From IMG/VR virus record IMGVR_UViG_3300020042_004628, positions 1-24,482 of that record: a stretch of DNA of 24,482 bases; one strand, 5' to 3'. The notes beneath the pieces were generated by a model. The model was not told the DNA's origin, ran no database searches, and saw nothing but the letters and a program-made list of their open reading frames with translations. This stretch comes from a virus (Duplodnaviria > Caudoviricetes). Positions 1-8,940 of the stretch are shown here, in pieces (position 1 is the stretch's first letter; every line of letters begins with the position of its first letter). The position numbers and the translations under genes were made by a program.

Positions 1-212
1 GCCATACGGATAAAGACTACATTCATTGATCGGTCTTCAATCGTACCAACTTCTTCACCGCCTGCATATTTACGGAAGACTCCGCCTTTGATAGAGATAC
101 GTTTAGTGACGTTGTTACCGCCGCCACCAGCTACCGCTAGTGTATCTGCATCTAGCCCTGTTTGAAGTAGGGCTGGGTTTTGTTGCATTAATATTGCTAA
201 TTCGTTACTCAT
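1..212 (-). CDS. Conserved phage replication-module protein, probable ssDNA-binding protein (5' part only; runs off window)
   Basis: ATG at 212 with AAGGAG upstream; reads MSNELAILMQQNPALLQTGLDADTLAVAGGGGNNVTKRISIKGGVFRKY..., open to window edge; KRISIKGGVFR is typical of proteins next to SNF2/PolA in such phages; function inferred. Confidence 0.6.
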   Translation of the reverse strand, partial: MSNELAILMQQNPALLQTGLDADTLAVAGGGGNNVTKRISIKGGVFRKYAGGEEVGTIEDRSMNVVFIRM

Positions 213-222
213 AATTTACTCC

Positions 223-630
223 TTAAGTTTTACTAGGTTTCTTAACTACAATACTATATTCTCTAAAAGAACTAACTCCTGGAGGCATACCTTCACCTTC
301 ATGTGAAGTTAAATATTCTTTTAAGTTAGTGTTATGTAATCGTTGTTGCATTAATTCAATCAATCCGTTTTCCATGATGAATGATTTAAGGCCATCCCAA
401 TCACTACATATATAACTTTCTCTTAATGTTTTAACTATTGTACCCGCGCCTGTACGTATTGTTTCGGCGTTCATTTCATTGCACTGCTCTAATAACACTT
501 GTTCTAATTGCGCTTGTTCTGCTTTTAGCTCAGCGTCCTTTAGTTCAAACTCTCTTGCTATGTTCTCACGTTGACCACGTATTGTCAAGTAAGCTTGTAC
601 TATTTCATCTAACTTAATTTGTTCACTCAT
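223..630 (-). CDS. Conserved phage protein (coiled-coil N-terminus) usually found beside SNF2 helicase
   Basis: 135-aa ORF, GAGG RBS, ATGA overlap with helicase stop; function unknown. Confidence 0.7.
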   Translation of the reverse strand: MSEQIKLDEIVQAYLTIRGQRENIAREFELKDAELKAEQAQLEQVLLEQCNEMNAETIRTGAGTIVKTLRESYICSDWDGLKSFIMENGLIELMQQRLHNTNLKEYLTSHEGEGMPPGVSSFREYSIVVKKPSKT

Positions 631-2195
631 GACTCTAATTCCTCTCTATATAAATCAACTAGTTTAGTATGTAAATCTACTTTGCCTTGCAACATCTTAT
701 AAATTCTTTTCTCTACATCTGACCCTTCAAGATGAACAACTGTCATCTTATTCTTCTGACCTACACGATCCATACGGGCAACACATTGTAGGTAAGTTTC
801 AACTCCCATTACAGGTGACCAAAAGACTATGGTATCTGCTCTAGTTAGCGTCACTCCGTGAGAAGCGGCTTGTGGTTGAATAACTAATACACGAGGATCG
901 TCCATATTTTGAAAGCGTTGAATGATATGCGCTCTGTCTGTGGCTGATACTTCCCCGTTAATAACTTCGTTTGATATATCTTGTTTAGTTAAGTATTGAG
1001 ATACAACTCGTATCGTGTGTCGGTAAGGTACAAATACTAATATCTTATTCGTAGTCTCTGCAATCACTTCACTTAACGCGGATAGACGAGGTGAGATATC
1101 AAACTCAATCACTTCTTTTTTATCTGTGTATACTGCGCCACCCGATATTTGTAGTAGCTTATTAAGATTGGCCGCGGCATTCACAGCACTGACTGATTCA
1201 CCAGCGGTTTCAATTAACATCTGTTCTTTTAATTGCTTATAATATTTCTGTACTTGGATTGTGAGTGGTACATCACGCGTTTGATACATAACATCAGGTA
1301 AATCTAAACATTCATTCTTTGCAAATCGTATTGCAGGTTGTAGTGCTTTGAATACTTCGTCTTTAGCATTATGTTTTGGTATCCATTTAAACCTTGTAAT
1401 CTGTTGCATTACTTTATCGCGCCATGCCACACTAAATTTAGGAACTCTCTGCGGGCAGACAAGTTTAGCTAGGCCATAAGCATCGACTGGTGATTGAGCC
1501 GCGGGTGTACCTGTCATCATCCATAATTTAGTTTCAGGTTTAAGAACCTTTGATAAGGTTTTCCACCGAGCCGTTGAAGGACTCTTGTATGCGTTAGCTT
1601 CATCGATCACTACTAAATCAAATCCGCCTTTAATGATCGCATCTTTAACAATAGCAACACCATCATAATTAATAATAACAAATTCATATTCACCATTAAT
1701 AATCTTTTCTCTTTTAGTTGAAGTACCGTGAGCAATACCCACTGACCTATGCATACATGTATTAAAGACATCGCCTTGCCAAGCTGAATACATAATAGAT
1801 AGAGGACATATAATAAGAACGCGTTTAACTTTGCCTTGCTTCATTAAATAATCTGCAGACCAAAGCACTGACGACGTTTTACCTGTACCAGCTTCGTTAA
1901 AACAAAAGGCGCGGTGATTGATAGATAAGAACTCTGAGGTAACACGTTGGTGATCGAAAGGTTTATAGATGCCCGGCCAATCATAATCACGAACGATAGG
2001 TGATGGTAAGTTATTACGAAATGAAATGAGTTGATTAAGGCGGGTCATCTCATCAAGTCCCCAAAATACAACAAGGTCTGTGAGATTGCCTTTATGTTCT
2101 AACACTTCACACTTTTCAATATTGCTTGTGATGTGAGAAACAATGTGCTCAGGCACGGTAAGTTTAACTGCGGTATTATCTATGATTTCCATCAA
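627..2195 (-). CDS. SNF2-family (SF2) helicase
   Basis: Q motif PFDHQ, Walker A EAGTGKT, Walker B VVIDEA, motif III MMTGTP, motif VI QCVARMDRVGQ. Confidence 0.93.
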   Translation of the reverse strand: MMEIIDNTAVKLTVPEHIVSHITSNIEKCEVLEHKGNLTDLVVFWGLDEMTRLNQLISFRNNLPSPIVRDYDWPGIYKPFDHQRVTSEFLSINHRAFCFNEAGTGKTSSVLWSADYLMKQGKVKRVLIICPLSIMYSAWQGDVFNTCMHRSVGIAHGTSTKREKIINGEYEFVIINYDGVAIVKDAIIKGGFDLVVIDEANAYKSPSTARWKTLSKVLKPETKLWMMTGTPAAQSPVDAYGLAKLVCPQRVPKFSVAWRDKVMQQITRFKWIPKHNAKDEVFKALQPAIRFAKNECLDLPDVMYQTRDVPLTIQVQKYYKQLKEQMLIETAGESVSAVNAAANLNKLLQISGGAVYTDKKEVIEFDISPRLSALSEVIAETTNKILVFVPYRHTIRVVSQYLTKQDISNEVINGEVSATDRAHIIQRFQNMDDPRVLVIQPQAASHGVTLTRADTIVFWSPVMGVETYLQCVARMDRVGQKNKMTVVHLEGSDVEKRIYKMLQGKVDLHTKLVDLYREELES

Positions 2196-2235
2196 CTAAG
2201 ACCCCAAGGTCGCTCTTTCATTAACTAGGATAGGT

Positions 2236-2274
2236 AGTTTAGCACACCTATTAGTGCTGTCAAGTATTACTTGA
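2236..2274 (-). promoter_or_regulatory. Sigma70-type promoter for helicase operon with overlapping palindrome
   Basis: TTGACA (2263-2258), 16 nt, TGc-TAAACT (2241-2236); palindrome TCAAGTA-T-TACTTGA (2260-2274) overlaps the -35. Confidence 0.6.
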
Positions 2275-2562
2275 TTATTTCTTTTTACGTTCTTTAGTAC
2301 TAACTTCTGATACTAACTTGTGTTGCGAATTTCTTTTGAATGATCTGTTAGCTGACACAGATTCAACACGTAAACCATCTTTGTTTGAACCGCCTTTAGA
2401 TAAGGCTTTAACATGGGCTACATCTTTACCTTTACGAGATACACCTTCTTTATCTAGCTTACGACGTGCACGTTGTCTTTCCATGCGAGCTTCGTGTTCA
2501 CCACGTTTGATCTCCATGTCGTATTCGTGTTTGTAAGGTCTAGGTTTTTTTGTGTAAGGCAT
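2275..2562 (-). CDS. Small HNH-like endonuclease
   Basis: KDVAHVKALSKGGSN...N motif resembling the HNH beta-beta-alpha core; very basic. Confidence 0.75.
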   Translation of the reverse strand: MPYTKKPRPYKHEYDMEIKRGEHEARMERQRARRKLDKEGVSRKGKDVAHVKALSKGGSNKDGLRVESVSANRSFKRNSQHKLVSEVSTKERKKK

Positions 2563-2573
2563 ACAATATTATA

Positions 2574-3230
2574 TCATGTTCTGTTAAATTCACAGGTCTT
2601 GACAGGGCAGAATTTACATAGAGGCGTAGAGTTTGCAACCCAAGTATTAGTTAAATACGAATTGTCAAGCCTTGCTAAAGACACTGTAAACTTGCCCCAC
2701 GATGATGCTATATCTTCGCGTTTATATTCTTCTGTAATAAATGTATTGTGCATTACAAATAATAATCCCGCTTTAATTTTATTTACCTGAGGGAAGTGAG
2801 CAAAAGCCATAAGAGACATCAAACGTAATTGTTTAGGGTCAGGGTAGCGATTACTTCCGGTCTTATAGTCAACAATGAAAGCATAGTCATTATCAACAAT
2901 AAGCAAGTCAACGATGCCACGTACCCAACGATTAGGATCGTCAAACGCACAGGGCGACTTGTCTTTACCCAAAGCCATCTCATACTCCGGATACTTCTCG
3001 CCAGGAATAGCAATAAGCTCATCAACTGCTCCTTTGAATCTTAAATAATTTAATGCTAATTCTTTGCCGTCTTTAACGTAATCTTCAAGTGCTTTGTGCA
3101 CTTCTGTACCATAAATCATTTTCTCCGACGGAATTACAGTATAAGTTTTTGCTACACGAATCTCGTAATACTTCTTAGGACAATTCTCATACTCTTTAAG
3201 AGCTGAGTACGACCATGTGTATTGAGCCAT
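2574..3230 (-). CDS. Cas4/AddB-like PD-(D/E)XK exonuclease, probable [4Fe-4S] protein
   Basis: SYS..ENCP, GTEVHKALE, RGIVDL...IVDYKTG, QLRLM, and C-terminal CKFCPVKTC (1+3 Cys staple). Confidence 0.88.
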   Translation of the reverse strand: MAQYTWSYSALKEYENCPKKYYEIRVAKTYTVIPSEKMIYGTEVHKALEDYVKDGKELALNYLRFKGAVDELIAIPGEKYPEYEMALGKDKSPCAFDDPNRWVRGIVDLLIVDNDYAFIVDYKTGSNRYPDPKQLRLMSLMAFAHFPQVNKIKAGLLFVMHNTFITEEYKREDIASSWGKFTVSLARLDNSYLTNTWVANSTPLCKFCPVKTCEFNRT

Positions 3231-3442
3231 TATTTTTTATCTACTTTCTGAACGTTCCCCGTCGATTTATTAAGTTCATACTCGGCTAATACCTCAGGAT
3301 TCTCTAACATTTTTTCTACCATTTCTTCATGGGATATAGGTTTCTTCCTAAATATTAAATCAAAATTCTTTTCAAATTGTTCTGAATTTGGTTTACTCTG
3401 TAACCAATCTCCTGTTACATCATTCTGCGCTGTTTTTTTCAT
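3230..3442 (-). CDS. Hypothetical phage protein
   Basis: 70-aa ORF, GGAGG RBS, TAATG coupling to next gene; NDVTGD...NFDLIF motif common in phage ORFs. Confidence 0.7.
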   Translation of the reverse strand: MKKTAQNDVTGDWLQSKPNSEQFEKNFDLIFRKKPISHEEMVEKMLENPEVLAEYELNKSTGNVQKVDKK

Positions 3443-4076
3443 TATCCCTCCTAAAAAATCTATAAGTGTGAAAATTGCTTTTATCTAAATTCCATTTAGC
3501 AGGTACTACTTCTATATTATTATATGCGTTTGTGCCACCTTTAGATATAGGAATTGTATGATCTATATGCCACTCTGCTCTTAGTAATTCTCTTCGCATT
3601 TGTTTTAGTAGGTATGCTTCTTTATATACAAACTTATCAAAATCCGTCATAGTTTTATCAAGGACGCGTTTCTTAGCTTTTCTAGCAGCGATCATAGCTT
3701 TTTGACTAGAGGACTGATTTTTTCGTCGTTGTGCCTCTCTGCCTTTTTCAGTCTTCATCCATTTTTTCCTCCACTCTCGCTTAGCTTCTCGAGCATGGGG
3801 ATTATTTTTTAAGTACCTTTTCTTTATAACATTTCGAATAGCCCTACCTTTTTCAGTTTTGAGATACGCTTTCTTACGCATCTTACGTCTGAACCACGCC
3901 ATTTCTTTTTTAAGGCATCGTCGTTTTAATCTACATTCTTTAACTGCTTGTGCATATAACTTGCGATCAGCAATATTTTGCTTGCGGTCTTCCCTAATCT
4001 TTTCTCGTTCTTCACGAGATAGGGACATAAAGTATCTATGTCTTTCCCGTCTTCGTTCTAGGTTTTTATACGGCAT
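3420..4076 (-). CDS. HNH endonuclease (putative homing endonuclease) with long basic N-terminus
   Basis: WHIDHTIPISKGGTNAYNNIEVVPAKWN HNH motif; Arg/Lys-rich N-terminal region; TAATG-coupled to polA. Confidence 0.85.
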   Translation of the reverse strand: MPYKNLERRRERHRYFMSLSREEREKIREDRKQNIADRKLYAQAVKECRLKRRCLKKEMAWFRRKMRKKAYLKTEKGRAIRNVIKKRYLKNNPHAREAKREWRKKWMKTEKGREAQRRKNQSSSQKAMIAARKAKKRVLDKTMTDFDKFVYKEAYLLKQMRRELLRAEWHIDHTIPISKGGTNAYNNIEVVPAKWNLDKSNFHTYRFFRRDNEKNSAE

Positions 4077-5941
4077 TAGCAGTCCCCGTAACTATCTCCG
4101 AAGTGCGCCTCACAAGCTACAGGTAATCCCGTTGCCCAATCAGGCGGGGTTGACATTGTACCAATAATATACTCCATCGCGCTATCTATCTCTGCCTCAG
4201 GTATGACATTCACTACCGCATCATGCACCGTTAAGACAGGTCGATACTTCTCATTAATCTTTAACATCTGCTCGCCAATAATAATCCGAGCCAATGCTTG
4301 CACCACGTTCTCTACCACAGATCCGCCCCAAATGGATATAAATCCACGTCTTGACTTATAAACAAATTTAGATTTGGCTTCTGATGTATCCCAAGTAAGA
4401 CCAGGATATTTAATATATAAACCATTAGGTAACTTGATGCCTTGAGGTGTAGCGTATAACGCATTATGCTGACCGATAGGATAAGGTTGTTTACCTTCAG
4501 GCCATGAGGCTATATCTCGTAGGGCTTCTTCACATTCACGCCAGAGATCAATCACCTTACTATTAATATTACGATAGACACTTACTAATCTTTTACATTC
4601 ACGTTCATCTAACTCAACACCCGCCGCCAATTTTAAAGTCTGTTGTAGTTTAGCCCACCCTGTGCCATAACCTAATCCTAAAATACAAGTCTTACCCACC
4701 GCACGTTCAGTCTTATTAGCTTTAGTAATAGGGCGTTCATATACAGTTGAAGCAAACTCACAATATACATCTCGTTCTTCTTTGTACCATTGAACGACAT
4801 CGTTCTGTCCCGCTAACCATACTAATACTCGAGCCTCAATCTGTGATGAGTCAGCGTTAATAACTTTGTATCCTTCAGGCGGAATGATTGCGTTCTTTAA
4901 TGCTTTCTTTTTCTTATCTCGTGCGGGTAAGTTTTGAAAGTTAACCTTATCTGAGCCTGCCCATCGCCCTGTATGCGCCCCGTAATATTTAAGAGGAATA
5001 GGTAGCTTACCTTTATTGCGTCCACCAATACCAATGAACCTTTCAATTCTACTCTCCTCAATAGTTGACTTCGTACCTAACCTAACAGTGCAAAGTTGTT
5101 GAATGAACGGGTCTTCATGTTCACATAAATCTATGAAGCCTTGATCGCCTTTAGCTAGTGCATACGTTTCTTTACCTGTTGCTGGACTGATCTTTGTAGG
5201 GACTATAACACCTAACTCTTGTAGTATCTCAGCAAATTGTTTATTAGATGCGAGTTTAGCTCTTACACATTCTTCTGTCTCGCATTCTAACTTAACCATG
5301 AGGCCTTGTAATAACTCTGACTTCTCAAGTTGGACTTCGATGAGTCGGTCTTGTAATAGGGCATCATCGACCTCGAGTAGAGGCTCAGTATACATACGAA
5401 GTGTTAAGTCGATGAGATCAATCTCTGACTGAGGGAACTTAGGTGCTAACACGCCGAATAGTTTATAAGTAAGTTCAACGTCATTTATACAGTAGCCAGC
5501 GTATGCTGACAATTCAGTCTCACTAAAGTCTTCTAACCTTTTACCTTTAGCGTTGACTACTTCTGTACCCTTGACACCTAGATCATAATACTCAACCAAG
5601 AATGCAAGGCTTCCTCCTACTTCAACACCGTTAGTAGCCCGTGCCATAGACAGAGTATCCAAGTAGAGACCAGGAATGATACTAAAGCGGAATGCAAGAA
5701 TAGCCCCGTCGAACTGCGTGTTGTGGCAAAGAAGGGCAGAGTTTTTCCAATCAATTTTGTTAAGAGAATCTTGTATGACTTCGTGAGACCCCGTAACCCA
5801 ATACGTTTCGCCTTCATCAACCTTGATACCCACGCCGATGACTTGAAATCTCGCATCTCTTATATACTCCTCTGTAGTTATACCTGAAAGAGAAAAACCT
5901 ACATCGTAGTAGGTCTCAAAATCTAGTGTGACTAGTTGCAT
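4076..5941 (-). CDS. polA: Family A DNA polymerase with 3'-5' exonuclease
   Basis: Exo I DFETYY, Exo II HNTQFD, motif A DSSQIEAR, motif B RAVGKTCILGLGYG, motif C TVHD. Confidence 0.95.
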   Translation of the reverse strand: MQLVTLDFETYYDVGFSLSGITTEEYIRDARFQVIGVGIKVDEGETYWVTGSHEVIQDSLNKIDWKNSALLCHNTQFDGAILAFRFSIIPGLYLDTLSMARATNGVEVGGSLAFLVEYYDLGVKGTEVVNAKGKRLEDFSETELSAYAGYCINDVELTYKLFGVLAPKFPQSEIDLIDLTLRMYTEPLLEVDDALLQDRLIEVQLEKSELLQGLMVKLECETEECVRAKLASNKQFAEILQELGVIVPTKISPATGKETYALAKGDQGFIDLCEHEDPFIQQLCTVRLGTKSTIEESRIERFIGIGGRNKGKLPIPLKYYGAHTGRWAGSDKVNFQNLPARDKKKKALKNAIIPPEGYKVINADSSQIEARVLVWLAGQNDVVQWYKEERDVYCEFASTVYERPITKANKTERAVGKTCILGLGYGTGWAKLQQTLKLAAGVELDERECKRLVSVYRNINSKVIDLWRECEEALRDIASWPEGKQPYPIGQHNALYATPQGIKLPNGLYIKYPGLTWDTSEAKSKFVYKSRRGFISIWGGSVVENVVQALARIIIGEQMLKINEKYRPVLTVHDAVVNVIPEAEIDSAMEYIIGTMSTPPDWATGLPVACEAHFGDSYGDC

Positions 5942-5953
5942 GTATACCCTCTT

Positions 5954-6229
5954 TTATATGATCGACAATACTACCACGAACACAAAGAATAATCCAAGCA
6001 TAATTCTATTGGTTAGCTTCTCATCTTTTTCTATTCTGTCTTTACTTTCATATGGTGCGCCCCATGCTTCTCTTGCTGAACGAGGTGTAGGTTTATCAAA
6101 TTGATCGGGATTAAAAAATCGCCACCCTTTCTTTGCATTTTTTTTAAATATTTTCATTTGCCAATCTTCAAATACTCGTATTGCTACTCTTGCATGAGGA
6201 TCAAAGTTATTTAATTTTGCGTTTGCCAC
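5954..6229 (-). CDS. Hypothetical protein with C-terminal transmembrane segment
   Basis: Likely GTG start at 6229 after AAGGAG (the longer 6367 start overlaps the TraR-like gene); ends IMLGLFFVFVVVLSII. Confidence 0.65.
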   Translation of the reverse strand: MANAKLNNFDPHARVAIRVFEDWQMKIFKKNAKKGWRFFNPDQFDKPTPRSAREAWGAPYESKDRIEKDEKLTNRIMLGLFFVFVVVLSII

Positions 6230-6242
6230 AATTTTTCTCCTT

Positions 6243-6437
6243 TTATTTTGCGTATTTTTCAAATTCATTCCGGCACTCAATTGAACACCAGCGACGATCG
6301 TCTTTGACAAGTGTTTCACACCATATGCACTTCCCTGTTTGGTTAGAAGGTTTTTTGATTTTATCATGCGCGTTCCTTATACCGACATCAATAGCGTGTT
6401 GCACCAAATCATTAGCCATATCGATGTCATCACTCAT
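6243..6437 (-). CDS. TraR/DksA-like C4 zinc-finger protein
   Basis: N-terminal DxxDxA (MSDDIDMA) as in TraR, plus CxxC...CxxxC. Confidence 0.75.
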   Translation of the reverse strand: MSDDIDMANDLVQHAIDVGIRNAHDKIKKPSNQTGKCIWCETLVKDDRRWCSIECRNEFEKYAK

Positions 6438-6673
6438 CTTATAAATTCTTTATCTTTTGATTGAATATAAAAATACTTACGCCACACCCCGCCTCTAGGT
6501 TGTGCTTTCGGTAAACTAATTAAACCCTTCTTATCGAGATCTCTAATTCTTTGGTGATTACCATGAGAGTGCAGTATGATATGGTTTCTACTTGAGTTTG
6601 GGTGGTCTTGCATATATTTGTTTACTATTGCAATCAGTTCTTCATCAGTTTTCTTTTTATAATCCGCTATCAT
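6434..6673 (-). CDS. Hypothetical protein
   Basis: 79-aa ORF tightly packed with neighbours, GGAG upstream. Confidence 0.6.
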   Translation of the reverse strand: MIADYKKKTDEELIAIVNKYMQDHPNSSRNHIILHSHGNHQRIRDLDKKGLISLPKAQPRGGVWRKYFYIQSKDKEFIR

Positions 6674-6871
6674 TTAATACGTTGCCTCTCCTACTAAATT
6701 AAAAAGTTCTTGTTGAATTTGTGGTTGTGTTTGTTTAGGTTCTTTATCTAGTTTAATTACCTTAACATGAGGATTCTTTTCTGTAAACCATTTCGCTTCC
6801 TTGACAGACCATCGATGTTTACGTATGACTTCGCCCTCATCATCTATAACTGCATAACTAAATGGAATCAC
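6674..6871 (-). CDS. Hypothetical protein
   Basis: 65-aa ORF with GTGA overlap, in gene train. Confidence 0.6.
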   Translation of the reverse strand: MIPFSYAVIDDEGEVIRKHRWSVKEAKWFTEKNPHVKVIKLDKEPKQTQPQIQQELFNLVGEATY

Positions 6872-7050
6872 TTTACTTCTCGTCTCGCAATTTCTTTAGC
6901 AATCTTGGCACGCTTCTTGCCCGGCTCTTGAACCTTGTCGAGCATTTCATATAATACTTTTAATGCTAGTGCTTTTAATCTATCTTTGCCCGTCTTTGTT
7001 TTAAAAGGGTCAGCTTTGCGTTTACTCTTGTGTATCTGTTGTGTTGCCAT
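6868..7050 (-). CDS. Small basic hypothetical protein
   Basis: 60 aa, AGGAG RBS, abuts neighbours. Confidence 0.65.
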   Translation of the reverse strand: MATQQIHKSKRKADPFKTKTGKDRLKALALKVLYEMLDKVQEPGKKRAKIAKEIARREVK

Positions 7051-7257
7051 TTAAAAACTCCTTTGTTCAAAACATTCTAAGTGTGACTTAATAAACATGT
7101 TAGGTTTGATCTCTTCATAGAGTTCGCCTTGTATACATTTAAGACCCGTCTTATGTTTAGTCTGTGTATTATTATACTTCATAATTCCCCAAGTAATGCA
7201 ACACCCTACAATTAATCCCACTAGCACAAACCCCGTGCCTTTATAGTCTTCACCCAT
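7051..7257 (-). CDS. Hypothetical membrane protein
   Basis: N-terminal hydrophobic helix FVLVGLIVGCCITWGI; GAGGAG RBS; TAATG coupling. Confidence 0.65.
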   Translation of the reverse strand: MGEDYKGTGFVLVGLIVGCCITWGIMKYNNTQTKHKTGLKCIQGELYEEIKPNMFIKSHLECFEQRSF

Positions 7258-7517
7258 TACACTCTCCTCATAAGATATGTTCTACTTACTCTACACATTT
7301 TATTACCTTTAATTACATTTATTACATTACACTTGATCATCGGTTTCTTTTGTGATATTAAATACTGCTCTCCTGTATATTGCACCCCTGCTTGAGTAGC
7401 AACACTTGTGGCAACAGTCATACACCCTAAATTAAAGACCACTATAAGCATCAGTAAGACGTTGCGTAGACTCACGATAACTTTTAACTCCTGTAATTTT
7501 TTCAGCTTTTTCTTCAC
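7257..7517 (-). CDS. Hypothetical secreted/lipoprotein-like protein (true start probably downstream, ~7451-7475)
   Basis: Hydrophobic stretch ending FNLG-C (lipobox-like); annotated 5' part overlaps upstream ORF. Confidence 0.5.
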   Translation of the reverse strand: MKKKLKKLQELKVIVSLRNVLLMLIVVFNLGCMTVATSVATQAGVQYTGEQYLISQKKPMIKCNVINVIKGNKMCRVSRTYLMRRV

Positions 7518-7698
7518 ACTTATATAATGGTGTGATCGTTACATAATGTTTCTTATTAGGTAAGTCTCTTATCCACGATAATTCTTTAGGCCTAAATTGT
7601 GTAATCGATGACCACACTAATTCACCATTGATATTAAATTCTTCTGTCGACCATGCGTATGGTTGTTTGGGTAATCCGCTTTTAAGGGTTTCTTGCAT
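7432..7698 (-). CDS. Hypothetical protein
   Basis: ORF 7432..7710; ATG at 7698 after GGAAG is the likelier start. Confidence 0.6.
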   Translation of the reverse strand: MQETLKSGLPKQPYAWSTEEFNINGELVWSSITQFRPKELSWIRDLPNKKHYVTITPLYKCEEKAEKITGVKSYRESTQRLTDAYSGL

Positions 7699-8068
7699 AT
7701 TTACTTCCACCTTGTTTATAAAATATTAGGTTTGACCATTTAACTACGGGTTGCAATCCTATCCATGATCTTGGTTTCTTTATTGTGGTGTCATGGAAGT
7801 GGGTCGCCCCATAACTATAATCTACTTCTAATCTATGTAATACTCTGTAGGCTATGTTCTTATATTCTTGTCGAATCACCGACGGAGGTTTAACTATACC
7901 ATACCAACTAAATTGTGCGGGTCTTTTCATTTGATAGCATATGTTCTTATGTTCAAACTCGGCTCTGCGCAATAAGACATACCCTACTGCAATTTGTGCT
8001 TCTTTTGGTTCATGCGCCGACTCCATGTAAATGGTTGTGGCTAGGCATAACAATGCTTGATCTAGCAT
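7682..8068 (-). CDS. SleB/Hydrolase_2-family cell wall hydrolase
   Basis: CLATTIYMES (catalytic Glu), QIAVGYV, QFSW, GATHFH, LIFYK; AAGGAGG RBS. Confidence 0.88.
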   Translation of the reverse strand: MLDQALLCLATTIYMESAHEPKEAQIAVGYVLLRRAEFEHKNICYQMKRPAQFSWYGIVKPPSVIRQEYKNIAYRVLHRLEVDYSYGATHFHDTTIKKPRSWIGLQPVVKWSNLIFYKQGGSKYARNP

Positions 8069-8094
8069 ATGACCTCCTTGTTTAAGGGACTAAA

Positions 8095-8385
8095 TTATTT
8101 TTTGTTTGAAGTAGCTTCTTTGATGAGGCGTTGTAGATACCAATCTGCTTTACGCAAATCTTCTACGCCGTTTTTAAATTTCCAACGCCAAACATATTTA
8201 ATAATGTTGCCTGTGCATACGGCTTCAATACCAAACAGTCCTTTGGTGGCTTCCTTGATAGCGTCGATACATTCAATCGCGCCTTGTGTATAGTGTGATG
8301 GGTGATTCACATTATCTTTTACTGCTTTTACAATCTTTACTGCTTTACTTTTATAACTATTAAGAATTTTTCTTAGTCGTGTCAT
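8095..8385 (-). CDS. DUF3310 / T7 gp1.7-like (SaV-like) protein, putative nucleotide kinase
   Basis: DNVNHPSHY..IECIDAI..GNIIKYVWR..KNGVEDLRKA.WYL signature. Confidence 0.88.
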   Translation of the reverse strand: MTRLRKILNSYKSKAVKIVKAVKDNVNHPSHYTQGAIECIDAIKEATKGLFGIEAVCTGNIIKYVWRWKFKNGVEDLRKADWYLQRLIKEATSNKK

Positions 8386-8672
8386 TGTATCTCCTTTACT
8401 AGAGCCAATAGTGACTCTATATTATCTTCATTTATCACGATTGCCAAGCCCTGATTGCGTTTTATGTCATCAATGTTGCGTAATTGCAACAAAGTAGGCT
8501 TGTTATCACCTGATTTACACTCAATACCAATGAATTTACCCTTATAACACGCGATAATATCAGGCACGCCACTCCTACCATATCCTGTTGCCATTGGTGA
8601 GAAATGGTATGCGCCTAGATCATCTAATATCTTCTTGACTTTCTTTTTTACTTTACTCTCGGGTGTTGCCAT
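8382..8672 (-). CDS. VRR-NUC domain nuclease (putative Holliday junction resolvase)
   Basis: TPESKVK...GVPDIIAC...IECK...PTLLQ signature. Confidence 0.88.
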   Translation of the reverse strand: MATPESKVKKKVKKILDDLGAYHFSPMATGYGRSGVPDIIACYKGKFIGIECKSGDNKPTLLQLRNIDDIKRNQGLAIVINEDNIESLLALVKEIQ

Positions 8673-8673
8673 A

Positions 8674-8940
8674 TTAAATTACAGGAATGACATTTAATTC
8701 TGATTGGCTTGATGTCCATATAGCACCCGCATCATTACCCTCATCATCACGCATCGCAATAATCCAATGGCCGTCTTCAAACTCAATCACTAAACCTGAT
8801 GAGTCCCATGCAATATCTTCGCGTTCACGATCGTCCAAATATCTTACACGTCGTATTGTTTTACCTACTAAAAAATTACTAGCTAGATTACCCCAATATT
8901 CTCGGAGTTCTGCCTTACCCGCTACTTTAATGTCCGTCAT
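8674..8940 (-). CDS. Conserved phage hypothetical protein
   Basis: LVGKTIRRVRY...DDEGNDAG motif; AGAAACGGGG leader. Confidence 0.7.
   Translation of the reverse strand: MTDIKVAGKAELREYWGNLASNFLVGKTIRRVRYLDDREREDIAWDSSGLVIEFEDGHWIIAMRDDEGNDAGAIWTSSQSELNVIPVI

Noticed and set aside
4076-5941. Intein or intron in polA (also checked terL)
   Set aside because: Lengths are normal and motifs contiguous; no splicing motifs seen.
6230-6367. N-terminal extension of ORF 5954..6367
   Set aside because: Overlaps the TraR-like gene out of frame; the GTG at 6229 has a proper AAGGAG.
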